NCBI GenBank assembly: GCA_003554865.1
Contig: PWHJ01000050.1
Span: forward strand, 38,981 to 102,980
Source: Bacteroidota bacterium
GTDB taxonomy: Bacteria > Bacteroidota > Bacteroidia > Bacteroidales > PUMT01
Length of the DNA stretch: 64,000 nt
Reading direction: 5' to 3'
A program made the translations under genes and the position numbers. This document shows, in pieces, positions 41,233-49,641 of this stretch (the first letter of the stretch is position 1; each line of letters opens with the position of its first letter). The notes beneath the pieces were generated by a model, which was not told where the DNA came from, ran no database searches, and saw only the letters and a program-made list of their open reading frames with translations.

Positions 41233-42561
41233 TTATCCGTTCTTGTCTTCTTTCAGGGAGGTTTCACCGGGGTTTGCCTCCGTTTTATTTTCCATTGTTT
41301 CACCAAGCCTCCTGAAATCTTCACCCGTGGGATTCTGGAATACCCTCAGGTCAAATTCCGGCACAGCTGCAATAATGTGGTCGAATATGTCTGCCTGGAT
41401 CGATTCGTATACCGGCCACGACTGCTCCCTGCAGAAAACGAATATTTCAACGGGAACGCCTTTGTCAGTAGACTGAAGATGTCTTACTAGAAAGGTCATA
41501 TCATTGTGTACTTTCGGGTGCCTTTGAAGATAAAGGGTTATATATTGACGGAAAACCCCCAGGTTTGTTTGCCTTCTGCCGTTAACAAGTACCGAATTGT
41601 CAATCCCGTGCTTTTTGTTGTAATCTTCCAGCTCCTCCTGCTTTTTGTCGATATAATTGCGCAGTATCTGTATCCTTTTGAATTTTTCCAGCATCCCGGG
41701 AGTACAGAACTTAACGCTTTTCAGGTCTATATTGACTGAACGCTTGATCCTTCTTCCCCCCGATTCTTCCATGCCCCTCCAGTTAATAAAGGATTCCGAC
41801 ACAAGTGAATATGTGGGAAAAGAAGAGATCGTCTTGTCCCAGTTCCTTACCTTTACCGTGTTAACGGTTATGTCGGTGACTATCCCGTCGGCATTTTTCT
41901 CTGGCATTTCAATCCAGTCGCCCACCCTCACCAGCTGGTTTGCAGTGATCTGGATCCCGGCCACGAATCCCAGTATTGTATCCTTGAAGACCAGCATCAA
42001 AACTGCAGCCATAGCACCTAGCCCGGTAAAAAAAACAAGGGGTGACTTGCCTATTATAACCGAAAGAATCACTATGCCCCCGACAAAATATATGATTATC
42101 TTAAGTATCTGGATATAGCTTTTTATTGTTTTTTCTTTTGCCACCGGAAGGGTGTTGTAGAAAACGTGCAGTACGTTAAGCAGTGCATCAATGGCCATCA
42201 TTCCCAGGAAGATCATTATAACCGACAAGATGTCGCGGACAACCGGCACCGCTTCGGGGTATCCTGCAAGGGCAATGGGAATTGTATAATAAATGAAAAG
42301 TACGGGGGCAAAATTGGCCAGCCTTTTTAAAAGCTTTTTTTCGACAATTACATTGTCCCAGCTGAATCCGGATTTTTTAATATAATGTCTTATCTGAACA
42401 AGCAGTATTTTTTTGACGATAAAATTTGCTGTCCAGGCAATAAGGAGAATTGCAGACGTAACTATAAGAGTTGAAAGCAGAAGGGCGTAACTTTCACCGA
42501 CCCCGGCATTCAAGAGCCATTCGTTTAAAAGTTGGGTCAGTTGCGTGGTTATGGGAATCAT
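41233..42561 (-). CDS. Mechanosensitive ion channel (MscS family)
   Basis: 442 aa with multiple TM helices followed by an MscS beta-domain block (VRVGDWIEMPEKNADGIVTDITVNTVKVRNWDKT). Confidence 0.85.
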   Translation of the reverse strand: MIPITTQLTQLLNEWLLNAGVGESYALLLSTLIVTSAILLIAWTANFIVKKILLVQIRHYIKKSGFSWDNVIVEKKLLKRLANFAPVLFIYYTIPIALAGYPEAVPVVRDILSVIMIFLGMMAIDALLNVLHVFYNTLPVAKEKTIKSYIQILKIIIYFVGGIVILSVIIGKSPLVFFTGLGAMAAVLMLVFKDTILGFVAGIQITANQLVRVGDWIEMPEKNADGIVTDITVNTVKVRNWDKTISSFPTYSLVSESFINWRGMEESGGRRIKRSVNIDLKSVKFCTPGMLEKFKRIQILRNYIDKKQEELEDYNKKHGIDNSVLVNGRRQTNLGVFRQYITLYLQRHPKVHNDMTFLVRHLQSTDKGVPVEIFVFCREQSWPVYESIQADIFDHIIAAVPEFDLRVFQNPTGEDFRRLGETMENKTEANPGETSLKEDKNG

Positions 42562-42659
42562 GGTTCAGGGTGCCGTTAAAAAATTTTTTTGCGAAAATAC
42601 ACCCAAAAACCATTATATCAAAATTATTTTAACCGGTTTTTCCCCGGAAGGAGAAGGGC

Positions 42660-43004
42660 TTATTCGCCCCTCCCTTCTCTTTGTTTTCTTTCAATAAAGT
42701 AATAAATAATCAGTCCGCTCCCCCCAAGGAGAAATACCATTGAAGAGTAGGCCACTTCCGGTCTTATTGAAGTTGTTGCCTCAAGCAGGTTCCCTGCAAG
42801 CAGTCCTGCAGCCACACCGGCAAGGAAGATCCCCCATTTCAGGCAGGGGTAACCAAACCGGCCGTTTTTATTGTAGAAAATTGAGGCGTCGGCTCCTTTC
42901 TCAATAAGCATCTCGCGCTCCTTTCTCCTGTTTTTTATGTAGGAGAGTGCCACAACGGCGCCGAATATTATTGCCAGAACAAATACAGGTGTTAATTCAA
43001 CCAT
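42660..43004 (-). CDS. Small 3-TM membrane protein (DUF6249-like), divergent from the ECF sigma gene
   Basis: 114 aa with hydrophobic segments and an EREMLIEKG motif. The family call comes from memory only. Confidence 0.5.
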   Translation of the reverse strand: MVELTPVFVLAIIFGAVVALSYIKNRRKEREMLIEKGADASIFYNKNGRFGYPCLKWGIFLAGVAAGLLAGNLLEATTSIRPEVAYSSMVFLLGGSGLIIYYFIERKQREGRGE

Positions 43005-43148
43005 GACATAATGTTTTTAATTTGTATTACTGTTTTTCTCACCTTTATGACGCAGGTTTTTTTAATGGTTACAAAAAAAAACAAAAATTTGCATAAATAG
43101 ATCCAAATTTGTAACCGTCAGGGAGGAGTTACGTCATATATTTGTAAA

Positions 43149-43712
43149 ATGGAGTACAGGGAAGACGAATATTACATTGGCAGGGTCCTCGACGGCAATA
43201 CAGACGCTTACGGGTTTCTTGTGGAGAAGCACAAAAACCTTGCCTTTACCATTGCCCTTCGTATTGCCGGAAACAGGGAGGATGCCGAGGAGATAGCCCA
43301 GGATGCCTTTGTAAAAGTTTACCGTTCATTGAAAAATTTCAGGGGCAAGGCGAAATTTACCACATGGCTTTACCGTATTGTTTATAACACGGCGGTTTCA
43401 AAAGTAAGGATAAAAAAAAGATATGTACCCATAGATGAGGCCGGCAGGGGGGATATATACGAAAAGCTTGAAAAGCCGGAAGAGGAGGTGAGCAGTGAAA
43501 AGGAAAGGAAAATGAAAGCCCTTGAGAAGGCAATGGAAGTTTTGCCGGATGATGAAAAAATATTGGTTCAGCTATATTACTACAGTGAGACTCCCGTAAA
43601 GGAGCTTGCAAAAGTGGCGGGCATTTCACAGGCAAATGTAAAGGTTAAGCTTTTCAGGGCAAGGAAGAAGCTTTATGAAGAAATTCAGAGAAACAATGAG
43701 ATATATGCATAA
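43149..43712 (+). CDS. ECF-type RNA polymerase sigma factor
   Basis: 187 aa. It has region 2 (DAEEIAQDAFVKVYRSL, FTTWLYRIVYNTA) and a region 4 HTH (VKELAKVAGISQANVKVKLFRARKKL). Confidence 0.85.
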   Translation: MEYREDEYYIGRVLDGNTDAYGFLVEKHKNLAFTIALRIAGNREDAEEIAQDAFVKVYRSLKNFRGKAKFTTWLYRIVYNTAVSKVRIKKRYVPIDEAGRGDIYEKLEKPEEEVSSEKERKMKALEKAMEVLPDDEKILVQLYYYSETPVKELAKVAGISQANVKVKLFRARKKLYEEIQRNNEIYA

Positions 43713-44136
43713 TAAATTATCAACTATGAGCAGGCTTGATGGAAAGGAAGATAAATTTTTAAGGGACCTTTTCCGTGAAACCGGGCACAAGCAGGCTTCA
43801 GAGGATTTCACCGGTAAGGTTATGGAAAGGGTGCGGTTAGAGACGGTCAAAAAGGAAGAACCCTGGATTGCCAGTGAATGGGTGCTCTTTTTTGTTGCCG
43901 CCGCCTCTTTGGCCGCCCTCTGGGTTTTCGGTAGTCTGATACCGGGGTTTGAAGGTGTTTTAAAAACTTTTGCCGGGAGTGCCGGTATCCTCGAGGAGGG
44001 TTTCAGCAGGCTTTTTTCATATGCCGGCTTCAACGGATATTTTATTTTTGTTGCTGCTGCCGTTTTACTTCCCCTGTTGCTTGATTATTTTTTGAGGCAG
44101 CTGCAAAAAAAGGATGTTAAAGTCCGTATCCCCTGA
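43705..44136 (+). CDS. Putative membrane anti-sigma factor partner
   Basis: ATG 43705 overlaps the sigma stop (ATGCATAA). It has two hydrophobic segments. The start could be as early as 43675. Confidence 0.5.
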   Translation: MHNKLSTMSRLDGKEDKFLRDLFRETGHKQASEDFTGKVMERVRLETVKKEEPWIASEWVLFFVAAASLAALWVFGSLIPGFEGVLKTFAGSAGILEEGFSRLFSYAGFNGYFIFVAAAVLLPLLLDYFLRQLQKKDVKVRIP

Positions 44137-44303
44137 AAATCAAGCCTCCAGGAACATGGTCCGGCTCTGGTGAGAACGGGGCCGGATTTTAAAAATTCTG
44201 TTTTTTTGCCTGTTCAGTTCATTTTTGTCAAATCTTCTTTGCTATTAAGGGAAATTTAATTTAGGTTTGGGCTGGTATTGAAAACAGTCCAAAATTTTTC
44301 ATT

Positions 44304-44924
44304 GTGAAGAGCCTTTCAGATTCTGAAATTTATTATGGTATTCGCAATAAAGACAATGATGTTTTGGAATATCTGTATAAAAAATTTTTCCCTTATATCC
44401 TTAAAGTTGTAAAAGAAAGCGGGGGAGATGAGCATGATGCCCGTGATCTGTTCCAGGATGCGGTAGTTGCCATCTACAAGCAGGTCCGCGATGACAAGGT
44501 TCGCATAAGAGAGTCTTTTTCGGCATATTTTACAGTAATGTGCAGGTACCTCTGGTATGATGCAAAGGGTAGTAATGCCTCAACAAAGGAGGTCCTTCAA
44601 ACCCGGCTGAGAGATAATGTTGAAGTGGCATCTGAGCAGGAAGAGCCTTATGAAGACAGATCAAAGCATATTGCCGGGGATCTTCAGCTCCGCAGGGAAA
44701 AAATATACCAGAGGTGCTACCGGAAGTTGGCAACCGACTGCAAAAAGGTTCTTACAATGTTTTACAGGAAACACTCCTATGTTCAAATAGCCTGCAGGAT
44801 GGGCTATGCCAGCAGCGGTTATGCAAGGAGAAAAAAATACCTTTGCTGGAGGCACTTAATGGATCTTATCAAAAATGACAAGGAATACAAAAATCTCACG
44901 GAAGGGAGAGAGAGTGAAGAGTGA
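44304..44924 (+). CDS. Sigma-70-family-like transcription factor (divergent ECF-like)
   Basis: 206 aa with a GTG start. It has a region-2-like segment (DARDLFQDAVVAIYKQV, FSAYFTVMCRYLWYD) and a C-terminal HTH-like segment (SYVQIACRMGYASSGYARRKKYLC). Confidence 0.6.
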   Translation: MKSLSDSEIYYGIRNKDNDVLEYLYKKFFPYILKVVKESGGDEHDARDLFQDAVVAIYKQVRDDKVRIRESFSAYFTVMCRYLWYDAKGSNASTKEVLQTRLRDNVEVASEQEEPYEDRSKHIAGDLQLRREKIYQRCYRKLATDCKKVLTMFYRKHSYVQIACRMGYASSGYARRKKYLCWRHLMDLIKNDKEYKNLTEGRESEE

Positions 44925-44930
44925 TCCCGG

Positions 44931-47777
44931 TCATTTTCTGCGGCGCCTGAGAGTGTAAACCAGGACACCCACGGCAATGAGGGCACCAATTCCTCCAATC
45001 ACTCCCCGGCTCAGGTAAGGAGATTTTACAGCACTGCGGGGGTTACCTATGCATACGTAGCCTCCCCAGAAATAAGGATGCGCTCTAAGCATATCGGCAT
45101 TATCAAGAAACTCCAGCCTTGCATGCCTCAATGCTTCATCTGTGCGCTTTCCATTTCTTATGTGAGAGTAAAAATTTTCCATTATCCCTACACCCGACTT
45201 GTCTTCAATCTCCCAAAGAGTCATTACTATGGAAGGAACTCCCGCATAAAGGAAACCCCGTGCCAGACTCATTATGCCTTCTCCTTTAAGCAGTTTCCCG
45301 TAACCGCTGTTGCAGGAGCTCAGCACCGCAAGTCTGGCGTTGAGCCTGAGATTGTAAATTTCATATGTGTTCAGCAGTCCGTCTTCGGCCTCAGATTCTC
45401 CGGTATCGGAGAATGCCAGCTTTGAGAACATGGGGTTCTCATCGTCTATTATCGTGTGCATTGCAAGGTGAATGAAACGGTAATGGGGTGCATTGCTTTT
45501 GAAATTTGTATTGCAGGCATCTTCGTCCAGCAGTGCTTTGCCGCCGAATATATCGGCGGCCATCTGCGCCTCCTCCCTTGCACCCGGAAGAGGGGTAAGT
45601 GTTTGCCGGGCCAGGCGGTAACGGTTAACTTCATCCGGGGAGTCTTCGTTATCCATCCCTTCGTACATAGGGGCGAACGCTATCATGTCGCTTGCGCTTT
45701 CGGTGCCGTGCCCGAGGGTTTCTGTCCATATCGTAGCCGAGTATGCATAGCTCAGGGGATGTTCCCTTAATAGGTAAGGAAGGGTTGCATAGTTTGGCTC
45801 GCCTTGTTCGTTGTTTTCGGTTGTAAGCAGCTCGTAGGGAAAGTAGGAGAGAACGCTGGAGGGTATAATTATCAGTTTTTTGTTCTTTATTCTGGACTGA
45901 AAAGGCTCTATCAGTGTCTTGTAGAGTCGGTAGGAAGTTTCGTTGAATTTTTTGAAGCTTGCCCTTGCATCAGTTGAAACTGAGCTGAAGTTCATTATGT
46001 CAAGAAAATCTTGCACGGTTTCCTCAAGATTGTATGAAAATTCAACATTTTCCCATTGGGCGCCCTTTTTATCGATCAAAAATATGTGTACCGCGGAATC
46101 GCCTGTGCTGTATGACAAAAGAACCTCATCTTTTGAAAGGTGGGATTTGACAGTGCTTATGCAGGTGATACGCGGATCATATTTAAGGTTGAAATATTCT
46201 GGATATTCCTCCTCAAGCTGCTCTTCAAGGCTTTGTATTTGCCCGTTCAGCTCGAATATTCTTTTTTCCCAGTTGGCAATTCTCTGTTCGTTCGGTTTTG
46301 TTTTCTGCCTTTCTTCATATACAAGCTCCCTGTAAGCGGTAAGGGTCCGTTTCAGATTTTCTTCCTCTTCCCTTAATGATTTGGGAACACCGCCAAACTC
46401 CAGGGCTTCAATATTCCGCATTGATGCAAGCAGTACAGCAGCCTTGCTTCTTTCGGAAAAATTAAATCCCTTTTCAAGGTGATCAGGATTTCCCGATTTT
46501 CTGTAGAGTTGCTTTGCCGCATTCATTGCCCGGGGATAGATGTCGGTTTCGCTTTGCGAGAGTTCGAGACGGCTTTCTTCGGTCTGGTATCCCATTCTCA
46601 AATATTCCAGTACTTCTATAGCTTTGTCGTAAGCTTCAATGCTGTATTGAAGGTATCTGGAATTATCCTCTTTTTCTCCCAGCAATTTTAAAACATTGGC
46701 CTTACGTGAGAGCGTTTCATAGAAGTAGGCTTCTGAGATTACATCTTCCCTTTCCGGATTATCCCCCCAATATCCTGATTTGTAATCTGTGCTCACAGCA
46801 ATAAGGGATTGCTGGTACATACCTGCGGCCGTATGAAGCTGGTCAAGCTCTTCGTAAACCCCTCCGATATTCATCAGTATTCTGGACTTGATGGGACTTC
46901 TTTCGCCAAAGTTATGCGAGGCTACTTCGAGGGCTTTTTCATACAATTTCATTGCCCTTTCATAATCGAGGGTAACGTTGGCATGCAAAAGTCCGTAATT
47001 GAGGTAATTGTTTGCAAGTCCGCCCCACATCTCCCCGCGCCTTTCAATGGTTGATTCTATGGCCATATCAAAATAACGGGCCGACTCTTCGGCATTTTCC
47101 ATATAGTAGTGGCTTACCGCGAGGTTACCTGCAGGCACCCTTATTGCCGAAGGGGAGTGTTTTTCCCTTATCCTGAGTGATCTTTCATAATAATCTATTG
47201 CTTTTTTTTGTTCGCCCTGTTCGCTGTAAAGCAGTCCGATATTATTGTAAAGTGATGCCAGCCAGTTCGGGTTCTCCTCATGTGCTTCAAAAATTGCAAG
47301 TGCTCTTTGGTAGTGCTGGAGGGCGGTAGAAAAGTCGCGCTCCTGCCGGAGTATATTACCCTGATTCTGGTAAACAGCTCCCAGGTTAATGTGGTCCGAG
47401 CCGTAATTCTCCTCCAGGATTACCTGGGCTGAATCGTAATACTTAACCGCCTCCCTGCGCCTTAAGAGTACTCGGTTTACTACGCCAAGATTGGAATAAA
47501 CCCCTGCAATTTCCGAAGCTTCTGTTTCTGTCATGTCCCTGTATTTATTCAGGGCTTTAATAAATGAGATGGTTGCCTCTTCAAAAAGGCCCTCGTTGGA
47601 TTGGCTGAAACCTTGACTGTAATATTGGAGTGCTGAATCTGCAATTGATTCTTCATCCGATTCATTTGCCCGGAGATCCTTTGAATATCCATAAAATGAG
47701 AAGAGCCCAATGGCAACAAAAATTAATGTGTAAAAAACAAACCTGGTGCAAAAATTTTTAAGGGCTTTCTTTCTCAT
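44931..47777 (-). CDS. TPR-repeat / CHAT-domain (caspase-like) protein with N- and C-terminal hydrophobic anchors
   Basis: 948 aa with about eight TPR-like repeats (recurrent A..Y/N...G...Y...A). A coiled-coil segment follows. The CHAT domain carries His (FIHLAMHT) and Cys (VLSSCNSG). The C-terminal TM GVIGGIGALIAVGVLVYTL is followed by RRRRK. Confidence 0.85.
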   Translation of the reverse strand: MRKKALKNFCTRFVFYTLIFVAIGLFSFYGYSKDLRANESDEESIADSALQYYSQGFSQSNEGLFEEATISFIKALNKYRDMTETEASEIAGVYSNLGVVNRVLLRRREAVKYYDSAQVILEENYGSDHINLGAVYQNQGNILRQERDFSTALQHYQRALAIFEAHEENPNWLASLYNNIGLLYSEQGEQKKAIDYYERSLRIREKHSPSAIRVPAGNLAVSHYYMENAEESARYFDMAIESTIERRGEMWGGLANNYLNYGLLHANVTLDYERAMKLYEKALEVASHNFGERSPIKSRILMNIGGVYEELDQLHTAAGMYQQSLIAVSTDYKSGYWGDNPEREDVISEAYFYETLSRKANVLKLLGEKEDNSRYLQYSIEAYDKAIEVLEYLRMGYQTEESRLELSQSETDIYPRAMNAAKQLYRKSGNPDHLEKGFNFSERSKAAVLLASMRNIEALEFGGVPKSLREEEENLKRTLTAYRELVYEERQKTKPNEQRIANWEKRIFELNGQIQSLEEQLEEEYPEYFNLKYDPRITCISTVKSHLSKDEVLLSYSTGDSAVHIFLIDKKGAQWENVEFSYNLEETVQDFLDIMNFSSVSTDARASFKKFNETSYRLYKTLIEPFQSRIKNKKLIIIPSSVLSYFPYELLTTENNEQGEPNYATLPYLLREHPLSYAYSATIWTETLGHGTESASDMIAFAPMYEGMDNEDSPDEVNRYRLARQTLTPLPGAREEAQMAADIFGGKALLDEDACNTNFKSNAPHYRFIHLAMHTIIDDENPMFSKLAFSDTGESEAEDGLLNTYEIYNLRLNARLAVLSSCNSGYGKLLKGEGIMSLARGFLYAGVPSIVMTLWEIEDKSGVGIMENFYSHIRNGKRTDEALRHARLEFLDNADMLRAHPYFWGGYVCIGNPRSAVKSPYLSRGVIGGIGALIAVGVLVYTLRRRRK

Positions 47778-47811
47778 AACGGAAAACAGGATTAAGCTGA
47801 TTTTTCCCCTC

Positions 47812-47819
47812 CAAACATA
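47812..47819 (-). promoter_or_regulatory. Candidate TAnnTTTG -7 box for the CHAT gene
   Basis: The minus strand reads TATGTTTG, 35 nt upstream of the ATG at 47777. Confidence 0.35.
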
Positions 47820-48164
47820 TTAAAATTTTTCGATTTATTCTGATTGCTTTGCAATATATTTGTTTTTAAGCTTATAAATATATATTTTGCCTTAATAAGA
47901 TGTTGTTCGACCAATTTTAGTTTTTGGTCGAATCAGAAAGGGTGAAAACTTTACGGTCATTCCGCATAAAACACAATTTTTACAGGCATTCTTCAAGTCT
48001 CATGTTTACAACAAAATAGCAATTGTGCTTATTTAGAACACATTAAAACTTTTCTCTTTTTTTTTGTCACAAATTTCGGGTTTTCCCACAGTTAAGTGAA
48101 ATCAAAATTAACTGGAAAATTAACAGAAATAACATTAAAATATTAACCTGAAATTTTTTAAGTC

Positions 48165-48374
48165 ATGAAAACTACAGACAACTTTTTCAGCCTTCTTGCC
48201 GGACTTCCCGGTGAAACAGTTTTGACCCGCAACGAGCTCAGAGCAATAAAAGGTGGCAGCACAAACGGATTGCCTGCCGGAGAAGATGAGGATATTTTAA
48301 TACCCCCGCCGGATCATGATGAAGAAAAAGATGACGAAGATGAAGATGAGGGTGGAGACGATAACGAGGATTAA
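48165..48374 (+). CDS. Double-glycine-leader precursor peptide with a hyper-acidic core
   Basis: 69 aa. The leader is MKTTDNFFSLLAGLPGETVLTRNELRAIKGG, with the GG codons at 48252..48257. The core is STNGLPAGEDEDILIPPPDHDEEKDDEDEDEGGDDNED. A cognate C39-ABC exporter lies downstream. Confidence 0.7.
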   Translation: MKTTDNFFSLLAGLPGETVLTRNELRAIKGGSTNGLPAGEDEDILIPPPDHDEEKDDEDEDEGGDDNED

Positions 48375-48407
48375 ATAAAACAGACTTCGGATAAAGCGAT
48401 TCTTTTA

Positions 48408-48455
48408 AAACGGGAGACGCCGGCATAAACTGAGACCTGAGCCGGCTTCCCGTTT
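48408..48455 (+). terminator. Two-tier stem-loop after the peptide gene (possible terminator or attenuator)
   Basis: The outer 8-bp stem is AAACGGGA/TCCCGTTT and the inner 6-bp stem is GCCGGC/GCCGGC, with a 16-nt loop. It starts 34 nt after the stop and has no long U tract. Confidence 0.45.
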
Positions 48456-48799
48456 GGAAGAGCAAACCGGTTTGCACTTAAAGTGTTCTGGTGCAATACT
48501 TAACCGGAGGGAAGTTATTTGAATTGGTTTTTAAGCTGCATTGTTTGGGGTTGGCCTGAAGCCTCTCTGGCTTCTTTGGTGGATTGCAGGTTAAATAATG
48601 CGGTTGAGCTGACCGGGCTGGTGTGTAAAGACTGTAATGGTTTTGTTGCTGAAAGGAACCGTGACAGTTGGCCTGGCCGGATCAAACCGCCCGGAACATT
48701 TTGCGTAATAATAATTGGCACCCTGTAAGCCCAAAGTAGTCCTGCATTTGTTAAAAGGGCAACTTTTTTGGGCGAATGAGGTAAATAAAGTAAAGGGTA

Positions 48800-48807
48800 T
48801 AATTTTG
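48800..48807 (+). promoter_or_regulatory. Candidate TAnnTTTG -7 box upstream of the anti-sigma-like TPR gene
   Basis: TAATTTTG lies 64 nt upstream of ATG 48871. Confidence 0.35.
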
Positions 48808-48870
48808 GCTGGAAAAGAAATAAAATATGGAAAATTCCAAGTATAAATTAATGTTCAAAACCTTTTTAAA

Positions 48871-49641
48871 ATGAAAAAAAAGCTTAATTATCAGGCGTTT
48901 ATTGACAAATTCCTGAACGGCGAAATGGAGGGTGAAGAACTTCAGTGGTTCAGAGGGGAAATGGAGGTTAACCCACGCCTCTCTGAAGAGGTGAGGCTTC
49001 AGCAGGAGGTTAGTGAAGCTATCGTCGATGAGGATGTAATGGAATTGCGTGATCAGATGAGCAGGTTGTTTGACAGTGATCGCAGGACCATCAAGGAAGA
49101 AAGCGGAAAGAGGGTCAGCCCGACCGTTGTCAAGCTGGCAGCCGCTTCCATGATTGCCGTATTGATGGCGATCGCATCGTTGTTCCATTTTTACGGGCAC
49201 AATGATGCCACGGAAGATCTTTTCTCCATGCACTATGAAACATATGATGGTGTGATGAATGTGCGTTCAGGGGATGCCCATGTGGATGAAATTATGACCG
49301 GTGCAATTATGAAGTACGAGAACGGAAAGTTCGAAGAGGCTGCTTCAATGTTTGAAGATGTGCTCAAAGCCGACCCGGGTAATGTTGCATCCAGGTTCTA
49401 TGCCGGAATTTCCCATATGGAAACGGAAAGGTATCAAAAAGCCTCCGGAATGCTAACCGAGGTAATTGATCACAATGATAACCTTTTCGTGGAGAATGCA
49501 AGGTGGTATCTCGGACTCTGCTATCTGAAGATGGAAAACCCGGAAAAGGCCAGGGAGCAGTTTGGCTCTTTAGCCGAAGGTGAAGGATTTTACAGTGATG
49601 AGGCGGCAAAGATACTTGACAGGCTCCGGGAAAACGGATAG
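48871..49641 (+). CDS. Single-pass membrane protein: anti-sigma-like N-domain, TM helix, TPR C-domain
   Basis: 256 aa. The N-terminus is FIDKFLNGEMEGEELQWFRGEMEVNPRLSEEVRLQQEV. The TM helix is VVKLAAASMIAVLMAIASLF. C-terminal TPR-like repeats follow (FEEAASMFEDVLKADPGN..., ARWYLGLCYLKMENPEKA). Confidence 0.6.
   Translation: MKKKLNYQAFIDKFLNGEMEGEELQWFRGEMEVNPRLSEEVRLQQEVSEAIVDEDVMELRDQMSRLFDSDRRTIKEESGKRVSPTVVKLAAASMIAVLMAIASLFHFYGHNDATEDLFSMHYETYDGVMNVRSGDAHVDEIMTGAIMKYENGKFEEAASMFEDVLKADPGNVASRFYAGISHMETERYQKASGMLTEVIDHNDNLFVENARWYLGLCYLKMENPEKAREQFGSLAEGEGFYSDEAAKILDRLRENG

Noticed and set aside
48515-48728. Two mutually overlapping 68/69-aa ORFs on opposite strands in the post-peptide spacer, considered as possible second precursors or an immunity gene
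   Set aside because: The plus-strand ORF starts at TTG. Neither ORF has a GG leader, a TM helix or a promoter box. Because they mirror each other, at most one could be real. I kept the region as an unexplained spacer in the findings instead.
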